64,000 nt of DNA from NCBI GenBank assembly GCA_951406725.2, contig OX597815.1, positions 149,792,001 to 149,856,000 on the forward strand, in the 5' to 3' direction. The translations under genes were made by a program, and so were the position numbers. Below the pieces are notes generated by a model. The model saw only the letters and a program-made list of their open reading frames with translations, ran no database searches and was not told the origin of the DNA. This document shows positions 39,723-53,111 of the stretch, piece by piece. Origin of the DNA: Octopus vulgaris (taxonomy: Eukaryota). The stretch's first letter is position 1, and the number at the start of each line of letters is the position of its first letter.

Positions 39723-40259
39723 AGCCAATGATCAGTTTAGCAGACCTGGATATCCTTTCCTTATAGATTCGCCCGCATGAATGGCATTTCTCTTATCGTG
39801 GTTAATCAGCTAAACAAGGAACAGTGGTTTGTGAATTTTAGACCGCATTACCTAGACACTTCCTTGTTCAGGTTGTATAGCGGTATACTGAACAAGATAC
39901 TCAGATACTACACCAGACATATAGGACTAAAATCTTAAATATTCATTGGATATTGACAGGGCGATCGTCACATATTGCCGCCGACAGGGAGTATCTTCAA
40001 GTGGCACGAAACCTGCTTCCACTATCCTTATATATTGTCCTAGAATTTCAAGAAAATATATATAAACGAATAGATAGATAAAGAGAGAGAGAGAGAGAGA
40101 GAGAGAGATACATACATACAAAAATACATACATAATACATACATACATCGATGGATGGGTGGATGGATGGATAAATGAATGAAAGGATGATAAATAAATG
40201 GATGGATGGATAAATGAATGAAAGGATGATAAATCAATGGATGGATGGATGGATGGATG

Positions 40260-40324
<65 letters not shown>

Positions 40325-41100
40325 GTGGGTGGATGGATGGATGGATGGACGGATAGAGAGACAAACAGGCAGCTAGATAGACAGATAGATATATACCAGG
40401 ATTGGTTAATATGCTGGAGGAGTTATCAGTAGGAAAAATACTGTTGGTGTTTGCAATCTTGAGTATTGGTTACTTAAGCAGAGTCTCGCTTTGCAACCTC
40501 CCACTTTCGGCCATTGTTGCTTTGATAAAGTTTATTCAGCTGTTGGGATCTTGATGGAGAATGGTGGGGTTCGTTCTGGTTACTCTTCTTTGACTTTATT
40601 GGCATTGGTAACTCTACAAGTCATAATCTCACGACCGCGTTACTCTGAGAATTATTGGCCCACGCAAGCTTCAAGCGCGACACAAAATGACTGTTAGGTG
40701 TTCAAAACATAATTTTATCAACCACTTCATCAACTGGAAAACTAACAGCATAAGTGCATAAAATATATGCCACCCAAATCTGCGAGACCAAGATTTTTGA
40801 AACCAAGAAAATAACATCATTTGAGAAAAACAAGTTGAAAGCAAATTGAAACAGCAACAACAACAATTACTGCGACCTACAGCAAATTAATGTTGCCACA
40901 GATTCTCCATGCTATTTCGTGCGTTGGTCAGCAATTTATATCTTTAAACTATAAACATGTTGAATCTACTGTCTCAAAAAATGCTTAATCATGCGGAATA
41001 GCTTGTGATAGCAACATACAGACACACACACATATCTGTATATATGTACATTTACACATATATTTTAATGTGTGGGTTTGTGATTCATATATATATATAT

Positions 41101-42180
41101 GCTATGGTAAAGTTGGTTAAAAAGGACAGATTTAAAACTACTGCTGCTGTTTCTCGGCAAATGAGCATTGTACTGAAGAAAACGTTATCTCGAAAAACTG
41201 TGTCTCATCATTTAGTTGAACATAACCTACAAGCAAGATCACCTGCAGTGAAGCCACTGATCAGCTCCAAAAATAAAAACTGTCGTCTTACCTTTCCAAC
41301 CGAACATGTGTTGTGGTCTCAAGAAAAATGGCAAACGGTGCATTTCAGTGATGAATCTAAGTTTATGTTATTTGGTTCAGATGGGAAAAGGTACGTTCGT
41401 TGAAAAGTAGGTGAAAAATTGTCACCTAAATGCCTTAAGACTAGTGTTAAATTCGGTGGAGGAAGTGTCATGGTTTGGGGGATGATATCTGGAGATGGTG
41501 TGGGCTCTTTGGTGCGATTACACGGAAAGGTAAATGCAGGAGTTTTTAAACAACTTGTAAAAGATCATGTCTTGCCTGTGCTGAGAAATTCAACTAAGCG
41601 ACCACCCATATTCATGCAGGACAATGCACCATGTCACAAGGCTAAGGTGGTCATGAACTTCCTCAAGGCTGAAAAGGTTATTATTATGGATTGACCTGCT
41701 CAAAGCCCAGATCTCAATCCTATTGAAAATGTGTGGAATATTCTAGGAGAACGTTCGAAAGCCAGAAATCCTAAAACAACCGAGCAATTATGGAATGCCC
41801 TTCAGGAAGAATGGAATAAGATCACCTAGCAAGAAATTGAAAATTTAATTTCCTCATGCAGTCGAAGATGTTAAAGTGTGATTGAAGCTAAAGGGCTTCA
41901 CACTAAATATTAAATAATTCCAGTATTTTCTGTCATTTTTTATTATTTTGTTATTTTTTTTCAACCGTTCTGATCATTTTGGCCGGCATGGGCTTTGCAG
42001 TAAATCACTAAATCATCCATAACTTTTGTATTATCCTCTCAAATTACACCGAAATCTCAGACAATAACAAATAATATTGTATTTATTGTCTGTGAAAATT
42101 ATAGAATATAAAATAACTTTGATAAAAACTTATACCTACTTTTCTGGCGAAAATAATGCCGTTCTGAACATTTTAGCCGC

Positions 42181-42185
<5 letters not shown>
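41101..42185 (+). mobile_element. 5-prime truncated Tc1 (DD34E) transposon
   Basis: FSDESKF, KFGGGSVMVWG, FMQDNAPCH, SPDLNPIENVW and GLHTKY* in one frame with stops. The right end has the direct repeat gttctga.cattt..gcc at about 41967 and 42161 (IR/DR type). Confidence 0.93.
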
Positions 42186-42266
<81 letters not shown>

Positions 42267-43338
42267 CATATATATATACATACATACATACATACATACA
42301 TACATACATACATACATACATACATACATACATACATACATACACATATATGCATGTATGTATGTATGCAGGTATAACTTCTGATATTGTATATGCACAC
42401 TTCAAAATTTAGTGGAGAAACAATACATATAATTTTCACATTTTTGCTTTAAGCCTGCCTCTCTATCCCTCTCTCTCACTCTCTCTCTCCACCCTCTCTC
42501 GCTCTCTCTCTTTCCTCTCCCTCTCTCTCTCTCTCTTTCCTCTCCCTCTCTCTCTCTTTCTCTCCCTCTCTCTTCCTCTGTCCATGTACCTATATATCTA
42601 TCTCTGTCTTTTTATCTCACCGTCATAAAAATTTGACGCTATCGGAAGTCTGCACAGATAAATGAAACAGCGTATTTCATTAATGAAAGATATCGAAAAA
42701 TTTATGAAGTGATACGTTTCAATATCTCATAAGATGTTAAACACGTCGCTATATGAGTGCAATTCTGTAATGAATGTGGTTCAATGAAGGTGATTATTCG
42801 TTCTTTATATAATTACTTCGAGAAATTTCCGTTATTAAATATTAAATATAATTTTTAAAATTGTCATCATCATAGCTCTAATTATATTTTGTGCTATCTG
42901 AAGATAGTAAAGTGTGTATGATACATTCCTACATCCAGATATACGTACATACATATACTTATACGTAATATGCTTACGTGTGTGTTTGTGAGTGTGTTTA
43001 AGTGTGTTTGCGCGTGTGTGTGGGTCCGTATCATTCTTGGTCATCTGTGATTAGATGAAGACTCAATGTAAAAGAAATTTATTAATATAGAGAAAATATA
43101 ATTAGGTTTATTTAAATAGCATTCGTAAATATTAAATGCGATATAAATATGTAAATTGATGTATTAATGACTTATTAAATATATGTAATAAATACATATA
43201 GCGTTCCGTAATGACGACAGATATACATTTTTATGCAAAACTCAGCTTTTCTCGAAAAGACTATACTTCAAAGGCTTCAAACATTTCCTGTGACCATCGT
43301 GTCGCAGAGTTCTCATCGCAGGTCTAACTTATGATTCT

Positions 43339-43591
43339 ATTGGGTTGGTACATAATTATTGTGTCTCTTTTTCAACAAATTTTATTCAACAAAGCAATAA
43401 CAATATTTAACAAAAACATCTTTAAATGACGGTCTGACCGTCTGCCAAGCAAACGGGAAGAGGTAAATGAAGTAGATGGTGAATATGCTTCGGAATACTC
43501 ATTTAAAGATGTCTTTGTTACATGTTGTTATTGTTTTTGTTGAATAAGATTTGTTGTAAAAGAAACCGCAATAATTATGCACCATACCAAT
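43339..43591. repeat. Imperfect inverted repeat, arms about 90 bp
   Basis: ggtacataattatt...acatctttaaatga pairs with tcatttaaagatgt...aataattatgcacc. Confidence 0.8.
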
Positions 43592-44379
43592 GCATCGATA
43601 TATGATGAAAATGTTAAGGATTTAAATATAGTGTATTTCCATATTAATTATAGAGTATCCATTCAAACTATAGATAATATAACAGCAAGCGATGTTGATT
43701 CAAAGTCCAGTGTGAAACAATGATATGTCCAAAGGGTGTGACCTATCCTCTTTGCTATATTTATTGTTTTCTGTTCCAATCTAACTGTCGCTAATCTAAG
43801 ATAGACTGCTATGGTTTTATGACGTGCTGTTGTACTGAAGCATCGCATTGCTATATTTGTGAATGATGACAAACTTTCAAACGTGAAGCTTTTTTTCAGA
43901 TGACATTTTGTCGAGGCAGACCAGCTCAATTTTCCTAACTTTTTAGGTTTAGTCATTAAGCAAGGTATATTTTGAAAGAAGCCTTTTTCCAACATGGTTG
44001 ATGTTCCTTTCCACACAAAAGCAAACAGGATCTGTGATGCATTTCGAATCTTGATTGTCTGCAAATTATGTTACATTTGACAACTGCTCAGCTTGACAAT
44101 AACTCCTTTGTTTCCTTGTTATATGTTATATACAAGCACTCAACAACTATACCTGTGTAGAAAGTTCTGTCATTTTTCTTTAATAACAATGGGCGAGTTC
44201 ATATACACATGCGCCCGAGTAGCCTCAATGACGATATAATTATTAATAAATTATACAAACACTATATAACTGTACAAATAGTATTCTGTGACTCTGAGTT
44301 TTTCTTTTGGGTTAGGTATAATATTGTCTAATTACGCGTTTTTTTCTTTTTTATCATCCTGTACAAGGTACATGTAGAA

Positions 44380-45900
44380 TTCCTGTCCAGATGCGGAGAA
44401 ATATTCAGGTCAATGGTACAGATGTTGCTTCACTGTCCTTTAGATTTTCTGAGGTAGAAATGTTTTCCTCGGTGAAATTGCATTATTATACTTTCAAACG
44501 CCTTCAGGAAATACGAAAAATATCATGACTCTTCATCATAACATTTAGATGTTTGGTATATGTCTTCAGAATGTTTATGAATTGTTATATGCCGGGTCAG
44601 TATTTTCGGCTTCACAGTAATGAGTTATATAATCTCTCAGGATATGGGATTCTGTGCATGTTGAAACAGTATCGCTGCCTCCTTTAGTTACAGAGATGCG
44701 ATAGTTTATCTCATGGGTGAGAGTAGAATCAAGGTATGTATCTAAATTTGGGAAGGAAGACCAAGGACGAAGCTAGATTTTATATTGCCTTCAGTGTGAT
44801 CGATACAATTTTAGCCATTCGAATTAAATTTATTATCTACGAGTGATAATTCCATCGACAGTAGACTAAGATTCCTTCTATATTATCACACCTTTTGCCT
44901 ATTAGACGTTGCTCAACCCATCAGGAATACGTCTTCTTTCTAGCTATTCCTTCGGCTGTAATCAAAACAGTTACTATAGCAATTATCTGGGGAAAATAGC
45001 TTTAGATATGCTGAATAAATATTATATATTAAATTCTGGTATACAATTGTGAGGTAGTTCTTCGCTATGAGAGATACTTTAATTCTGGTATCAAACTTAT
45101 ATCAGACAATGCTAACCGGCTTGATATATTTACATCTTCATTCATAGATGTTCTCGTAAAACCCAATAAAACATCTGCAAAAGAAGAGTAGATTTATGTA
45201 ACAGTAGCAGGAAACAGTTCTCTTCCTGATGTTTTCGTATTTTGAAAATGTTATCTTGATCTCAAGAACGTCACCATTGATTCTATATACAGCTGGTCTC
45301 ATACGCTTTTAATAATCATTTATGATATATTTTATCTTTGCTTCATCATTGCTTCACTCCGGACTTTCTTTAAGAATGATTCGTTATATTCCTCATAAGA
45401 ATGCTCTGTACATTTTTATTGACTATTCTTTCATTTCTCTTTGGAATTCCGACAGATTCGACTAAATTTCTCAGCCATCTGATGACGGATTTTCACACTG
45501 ACAGCTGATTGATTTATATTTAAAAGATATCTTTTCCTATCTCCAAGTATACTTTATATATTATTTTACAGTTTTGTGAGAATTATAGCTACTTGTTTGC
45601 TTACATTGAATACTTATTGCCACATATCTCGTAGTCTTCGACAGATCATCGATAATGTTTTTCTTTTCTATTTTCGAAATCCACAATAGCGTCGTTTTCC
45701 AGCGTTTACTTCCTTGGTATATTTAATATGCTGCTTAACGATTCTGAAAAGAACATTTTAAAAGGTGTTTTTTTCCAAAAGAATGGGCATTATTCGGTCA
45801 CAAATATCCCCTGTCAGTACTGTAACCCGCTATCGATGTAGAAATCTGATCAATACCAGTCTAATATAATCAATCTTCTGGACACAAATTTAGAAACGAA
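44380..45900 (-). pseudogene. Possible highly decayed RTE-like LINE
   Basis: Only scattered relics remain: YLDSTLTHEINYRIS near 44700-44740 and QKIDYI near 45870. Confidence 0.3.
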
Positions 45901-45990
45901 CTTTTCTGGTTGTTGACGCTTTCAATTGAAACTACGTTACTATTGTTAATAGTTTTAGAATAAGGAAGTGTATATTTCTGTATGTACACC

Positions 45991-46530
45991 TATTGGGTTG
46001 TCTGGAAAGTTTGTGTCAATTTTAAAGGGAAAGAAAAAGGTCAATAAATACTTGCCATTACATTTTCATCAACCAAATATGAAACATTTTGTAGCACTAT
46101 GCATCTCCCTCTTTCCTTGAAAGAATTGAGGTGGTTTCATGGCAAAGAATTCATCAAGGTATCTTTTTACGTCATCCAAGGAATTGAAACTTTTACCATT
46201 AAGACTATTCTGCAGAGACCTGAATAAGTGAAATTCGGAAGGAGCAATATCTGGTGAGGTGGTGTAACACATCCAAGCCGATCTGCAGCAATATTTGTCT
46301 GGTTCCCAAAGCATCAAGCGCCGAAAATGAACTTACTTAAATTCCATTTTAAAGGGTTACAAAATTAACACAGTTTATAGGAACATAAACCTTCTTCCAC
46401 GAAACGATAGCTTAAACTGTGCTCTAAATGGAGATGTAGTCAGATCCCATTTTATGATCTCAAACATGTTCTAAAATAAGTCGAAAGGTAAGCTACTATA
46501 CATCAGGACGATCTTTCCGGACAAACCAAC
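45991..46530 (-). mobile_element. Internally deleted mariner
   Basis: TIRs ttgggttgtctggaaag and ctttccggacaaaccaa. Translation SPDIAPSEFHLFRSLQNSLNGKSF. Confidence 0.88.
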
Positions 46531-47410
46531 ATTTATTCATAGGAGGATGCTTGCACATATAAATGTATGTATACAAGTATGCATGTTTTTAGACATACAT
46601 ATATTTATATATTTATGTGTGTGTGCGTTTGTGTGTATCCGCGCGCGCTGTGTATATGATTTTATGGATTTGTAATACGGTGTTTAAGAAAATATTAGAG
46701 AATATAAGATTATTGTCCCTTGACTATTTTCACATTCAAGGAGGAAATTTGGCCTGAGTATAAATAGCTGAAGACTGAACTGAAAAATGGTTACAGTTGG
46801 GGACTCTGCGGATGTTCCTTATTATATTATTCTATTCACGATATCTTCAGAAATTATGTTGTCTAACGAATATTGTATATGTGGAGTTAGGTTGAGCATA
46901 CGAAATAACTTTCGTGGCAGTGAAACAAAATTGATGTTGCTGCATACAAGTAATTATATGCACGTGTGGATGTGTATTTGTGTGCGTATGCAAAGGAATG
47001 TATATCTATACGTAGGCGCGATTGTTTATGTGTGTGAGTGTGTAACTCACCTTAGGTGAAATGATTTCTGAAATAATTAACGCCTGAAGACATGATGTAT
47101 TTCTAGAAACATCCATTTTGATATAGGCAATATATACTCATTAAAATTGAGGGAACTGAATTCAATCGGGAAAATTTACAAAAAAGAAAAGAGAATTTCT
47201 CGTGTAAATGAATTCCCAGTGAAAGAATATTAACGAGGATATAAGAATATATACCTGCTACGCTAGGTATCTAATGTAAAATGGATGTATTTATAGATAA
47301 ATATATTTGTGCATCACACATACGGACGTATGTATTTATATATGTGTTTGTGTGTGCGTGCATCGGGAAAGAGAGAGGGAGATATGGTAAATAGACAAAT
47401 AGATAGACAG

Positions 47411-47465
<55 letters not shown>

Positions 47466-47631
47466 CAGATAGATTGATAGATAGATAGATAAGGATTGGC
47501 ACACGTATATGCCCGTGTGTATTTTCGTTTACACTTTTGTAGATATATCTATATAAATGGGCACATGTTTGTTTATATGTACGTACGTACGTATGTATGC
47601 ATGTATGTGTAAATAATATGTGCGTAACTAT

Positions 47632-48025
47632 ATTCTTTTATTCTTTTCTTTTACTCTTTTACTTGTTTTAGACATTTAACTGCGGCCATGCTGGAGCATC
47701 GTCTTTTTTTAGTCGAAGTAATCGACACCAGAAATTAATCTTTGTAAGCATAGTACTTATTCTATCGGCCCTTTTTGCCGAACCGCTACGTTACGAGGTC
47801 GCAAACACACCAACATCAGTTGTCAAGTGATTGTGTGAGGGGTGACCAAGACAGACAGACACACACACACACACACATATATATATATCAGCCGAAATTG
47901 CGAGGATGATCCGGTTCTTGACTGAAGATTAGAGGCTTCGAATGACCCGTCCGTATTTTTGTGTCGTCTCTTTGAGTGTTTTGCGTTCTTGTCCCATTTT
48001 TTTATTTTTTTATATATTTTTTTTT

Positions 48026-48063
<38 letters not shown>

Positions 48064-48265
48064 CGAGATGCCCTCTTCGAGTTAAAAAGTCGCTCAAACC
48101 GACAACCGTGTAAAACTGACAACGAATGTCACTTGTCAGTACAAGTACTGCGTTCTTAGTTCAGTAACGGTCTATCAAATCCACTCACTTGGTGCCACAC
48201 AGTGCAGCTGAACCCGACACTATGTGGTTGGGAAACAAGCTCCTTACCACACAGACACCCCTGTA
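47632..48265 (-). mobile_element. SINE family A split by inserts in its internal microsatellite
   Basis: Tail at 47632-47880 and head at about 48158-48265, with foreign sequence between. Confidence 0.75.
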
Positions 48266-48266
48266 C

Positions 48267-48299
<33 letters not shown>

Positions 48300-50693
48300 C
48301 ATATATCCATCCAAACATAGACACACGGACACGAATGCATACATAAACATACATATATTCCAGGAGCAATCTGACATGTAATAGTGTCAGAATAAAATAG
48401 ACACCAATGTGTAAAGCCAGTATCATTTTCTATCGTGGAGCTTCGATTCTGTAGAATCTGTAAATGTGTTTCATGTCGGTTATGTAATATCAATTGCTTT
48501 TATTTATTTTTCTGTTTATGCTCTCTGCAACATTTTCCGGAACACTTCGCTATGTTGTTGAATTAAATATAATTCTATAAATGTCACGACTTTATATTGG
48601 ATTTCTCTTTTTTGTGCAATGAAGCATATTTAGAAGCTTAAATTTCGTTGTTGTTTCTGTATGTGTACAGTGGTTTATACTACCTCAAGCGGCCAAAATC
48701 AAAATGCATTTCAGAACGGCATGTTGGGGATCTCGCTTCAGCATTTGTATTGGCAGTTCCTCAATTTCATTAACATAGGGACGACTCTAAGTAGTTGAGT
48801 GGTCTGTGTCTACTGGAGAAAAAATAATCTCACAAAATATGACATGTAATCTCATCTGTTTTTTAGTGCGGCTATCGTATTGAGTTAAACCAGATTAGAG
48901 CTACGTATTCACTAGAACACATCGGTATTATTCTTCAAACAAGACCTTATTTTATTATGAATCCTCATTGTAGAATTCTGAAATTTGAATTAACTTTACG
49001 TTTGAGATTTTATTTTAATCAGCCTCAAGTAACTTTCTTCAAACCACCTATGGCCATATGCATTGCAACCGTCATCATACCATTTTAAGTATATCTAGAA
49101 TTTCATAATCCATGTCAGGTTAACTATTATTTTTAAGATGATGAATAGATTTGGAAACCAATAATTCAGCTGAAAATTCTAACAGGTCATCTTACTTCAA
49201 CGAGTCTTTCTCATTTATTATCTGCAAAGTGATTACATTTTCTGCTGTTGCATTGCACTTCTTGTTGGCTTATTCTCTGATTTTACTTTTCCCTCAGCGG
49301 TGTTTCTCAATATGCTTTTCTCTTCTTGGGGAAATTTCTCTTTTATCATCTGTACTTGTCTATTTTCTTTGATATGAATGCGTGCGTATGATTCTGAATG
49401 TGCAGATTAAGTACTTTTTTGAATAATACATTACCTTCATGGAAATTTGTATACACATACGTGTGTATGTGTGAGTGTATAAATATTTATATATGTGTGC
49501 ATATACATATGTCTATGTGTGTAGTTTTGTAACAATAATCAGAATATATCAATAATGCATTTTAGACAGGGCAAATATTATCTGATATTGATCTCACTAT
49601 GTTGGATAGAGGGAATAGATATATTTTTATTGTATCGAAATTACCATGCTATTCCCACTTAGCAGGGCTGCTTAAGAATAACAGGCGTCAACAGTCCAGC
49701 TTGTATTGTAATTCAGAGTAGAATGTCAAATTTGATAGTGATATAATGTGTATGTGTGTATATGTGTGTGTATATGTATATATAAACCATTTTTTATATT
49801 ATCTGTATGCATTATTTTTATATATTACACCTACTTATATCAGTACACACGTTTTTCCTAAATAATTATATATAATTATGTTTATGTACTATCATTATCT
49901 TATTATCCTCCTTCTGATTCATTACTTTCAGTCAATAGATAGTATGTATATCTTTCCAGATATTCCATATGTAAGTGGTTTGAGTGGTCTTTGTAGAGAT
50001 CACCGTATAATGGATTAATTAAATAAAGATGAGGTGCTGAATTGATTCTATATACTAGCAATCTTCCTTTTAATGTTTAAAATTGATCCATACACACCTT
50101 ATAGCTAATTTGATTATGATATCACTTTGTTGATTTTTTTTGTTGTTGTTGTACAGCATATTAATATTGCTTATAAAGGTTCTCTCATTGCGCCCCTAAT
50201 ATTTTCCTGGACCTCATTATAATATTTTCCTGAATCTCATTAGAGCATCTTAAGTTTCATAGTGTTTGCCGCTTTAACTGGTAACATTATGAATTAATGT
50301 CACACCTACCCCCACCTCGTTTATAGACAGTTACTTCTATCTAATTAACTCTTTCTAAAGGTTTTCTTTCTTTTTAATGTGGGTAAAGGAGTACCTGTGA
50401 CAATATCCATAACCAATATGAGCCGTCAACCCACTTTTCTTTTTATTCTGAATATACACAGTCTTCTACTCTCAGATTTTAATTGAAGATAAAGAGATAG
50501 ATAAATTGGAAATGAATTACACCCCTATGACTCCCACTGTGTCCCAAACCACTCTTATAATAAAATTGTAGTCACTTCTCTTAGCCCTTCCTGCTACAAA
50601 AGCGACAACATGAATTTCTTCCATCTTGCTCCTCTGTTAAAATATTGAAGAAAAATTATATTAGCGCAACCTTTCTCTTGACGTTCAATATTT

Positions 50694-50781
50694 ATGCAGC
50701 TGACGATAGCGATGTATTCAAACTGATGTAATGATTGCATTGTTTAATTAAATGGAGCCGCTGGAAACGGTCGTACTGCAT
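50694..50781 (+). ncRNA. Type I hammerhead ribozyme with long loop II
   Basis: AUGCAG-CUGACGA-UAGCG...CGCUG-GAAACGGUCGUA-CUGCAU, with a perfect 6-bp stem I and GUA triplet. Confidence 0.75.
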
Positions 50782-50992
50782 TACCTCTTGAAATCCTGTT
50801 ACTTATTTTGATTTTATTCACCGTACTTCGAGCTGTGTGGATAACACCGGTCTAACCTTTTGCTTGACGTTTTCTCTCTCTCTCTTCTCTGTATATATAT
50901 ATAGACAGGTAGATAGATAGATGGATATAGATATTGATATACATATATATTTATATGTATATATATATATATATATATAATATATATATATA

Positions 50993-51039
<47 letters not shown>

Positions 51040-51043
51040 GGTG

Positions 51044-51232
51044 TGTACCGTTGGCGATTTTTTTCCTCTGTCTTCCCTTCTCTGGATCTTTCCTTCTCCT
51101 ATGTTTCCGAGGAAGAGCTCCGCTTGAAACGTTAGACTCTCCTTCCTTCCTTCTTTCCTGAGCGTCCAATATACTATATTTGTTCCACGTCCTCGCATTG
51201 TTGTGTTTTTGTGCTTTCTAGTTTGAATTAAC
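51044..51232 (+). mobile_element. Second copy of the 11638 family (hammerhead-like core at 51103-51137)
   Basis: GUUU-CCGAGGA-A-GAGC(UCC)GCUU-GAAACGUU-AGAC, within (TA)n. Confidence 0.75.
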
Positions 51233-51241
51233 TTTATATAT

Positions 51242-51299
<58 letters not shown>

Positions 51300-51313
51300 A
51301 AAGATATATACAT

Positions 51314-51360
<47 letters not shown>

Positions 51361-51440
51361 TAAGGGTAGAAATCAATACTTATCAATTAAAACCAGTGGT
51401 CTAACATATTAAAAAAATCCGAAGATTAAATATTTATATA

Positions 51441-51632
51441 TACCAATTAAGGACTGAACACGAAAAATTGGACAGTCAACATGCTAGATATAGACGTCAA
51501 ATCGCCATTCTCCACAAATGGGTTGGTGTTGAGTTTGATCTGAGAACATAATCTTTTGTGGAGAATGGCGATTTGACGTCTATATCTAGCATGTTGACTG
51601 TCCACTTTTTCGTGTTCAGTCCTTAATTGGTA
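51441..51632. repeat. Near-perfect inverted repeat, arms about 78 bp
   Basis: taccaattaaggactgaacacg...ctccacaaa is mirrored at 51555-51632 with one mismatch seen. Confidence 0.95.
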
Positions 51633-51642
51633 TATATATATG

Positions 51643-51682
<40 letters not shown>

Positions 51683-51956
51683 TGGAGGGGCAATGGCCAT
51701 GTGGTTAGGGCGGCGGACTCGCGGTCGTATGATCGCGGCTTCGATTCCCATACCGGGCGTTGTGAGTGTTTATCGAGCGAAAACCCCGAAAGCTCCACGA
51801 GGCAGTACTGTTTTGACAACATTTTCTCTCCATCTTTCTTCTGTTGGCCTGCTCGCTTAGCCAGAGGGGTGGCGTCATTTGAAGGCTATAACAATGCGAA
51901 GCGCATTGTGTCCTGCGATGTGTAGCAACCTCTGATAGCCCGGTCGGTCACGGTGA
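51683..51956 (+). mobile_element. tRNA-derived SINE family B
   Basis: tggccatgtggttagg A box and ttcgattccc B box. Homologous to 52221-52480. Confidence 0.85.
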
Positions 51957-52220
51957 TATATAATATATATATATATAAAGAGAGAGAGAGACAGACAGAC
52001 AGACATATATATATATATATATATATTTGCATTCCCTCGCGTTCGGTGTAATGTGTTTATTTTGACATTAAGAGTCGCTCCTAGCGTGAGGCATTTATGT
52101 ATAGTAATGCCCTTAGTATAAATAATTATATTTAAAGGGAAAAATTAATAATTTTTTCCCTTATAAGGTTTTTCACGCTAATTACTTGATAATTTCTTAT
52201 AATGATTTTATCCTATTTTT

Positions 52221-52479
52221 TGCGCTTCGCATTTTTTTTAGCCTTCAAATGACGCCACTCCGCTGGCTAAGCGAACAGGCCAACAGAAGAAAGAGTGAAA
52301 GAAAATTGTGGCGAAAGAGTACAGAGGGGTTTGCCACCAGACCCTGTCGGAGCCTCGTGGAGCTTTAGGTGTTTTCGCTCAATAAACACTCACAACTCAG
52401 ACACGCCCGGTCTGAGAATCGAAACAGCGATCCTACGACCGGGAGTCCCCTGCCGTAACCACTGGGCCATTGCGCCTCC

Positions 52480-52480
<1 letters not shown>
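52221..52480 (-). mobile_element. tRNA-derived SINE family B, inverted copy
   Basis: Reverse complement tggaggcgcaatggcccagtggtta...ttcgattctc...tggcgtcatttgaaggcta. Confidence 0.85.
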
Positions 52481-52515
<35 letters not shown>

Positions 52516-52983
52516 TATGCATATATACCTACATATATGTACGTATCTACCTCTACATGTATATATACATGCATATATGGGTACAAGACAACAAAACACG
52601 TCCGTACAAAATGAGAAACGAAAACATAAACACAAAACCGAGGAAATGGACATTTTTTTAAACAACGAAAAAATAGAGTACAGGACATAAAAACAAGGAA
52701 AATTCCCCTTCTTCAGTTGCATTAATTTCATCTACTCCACGTTTCGAAGGTCAGGCGATACATGACTTCAATGAAATTTTCCTTCCCACGGAAATCAAAT
52801 TAAATAAAATTTGAGATTTTTTTGCGGAGGGGTAAAAATGGTAACAAAAACAGGACAGTAACGACAGTACAAATTATAAACAGGTCAACGGAGAATAATA
52901 GTAACACAAACAAACAGAGCTGTTAAGCCAAACCAGATAATATATATATATACATATATATATATACATATACATATACATAA

Positions 52984-53060
<77 letters not shown>

Positions 53061-53062
53061 CC

Positions 53063-53110
<48 letters not shown>

Positions 53111-53111
<1 letters not shown>

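Noticed and set aside
43663-44064. 133-aa non-repetitive ORF
   Set aside because: It has no recognisable domain, a non-ATG start and no supporting gene structure.
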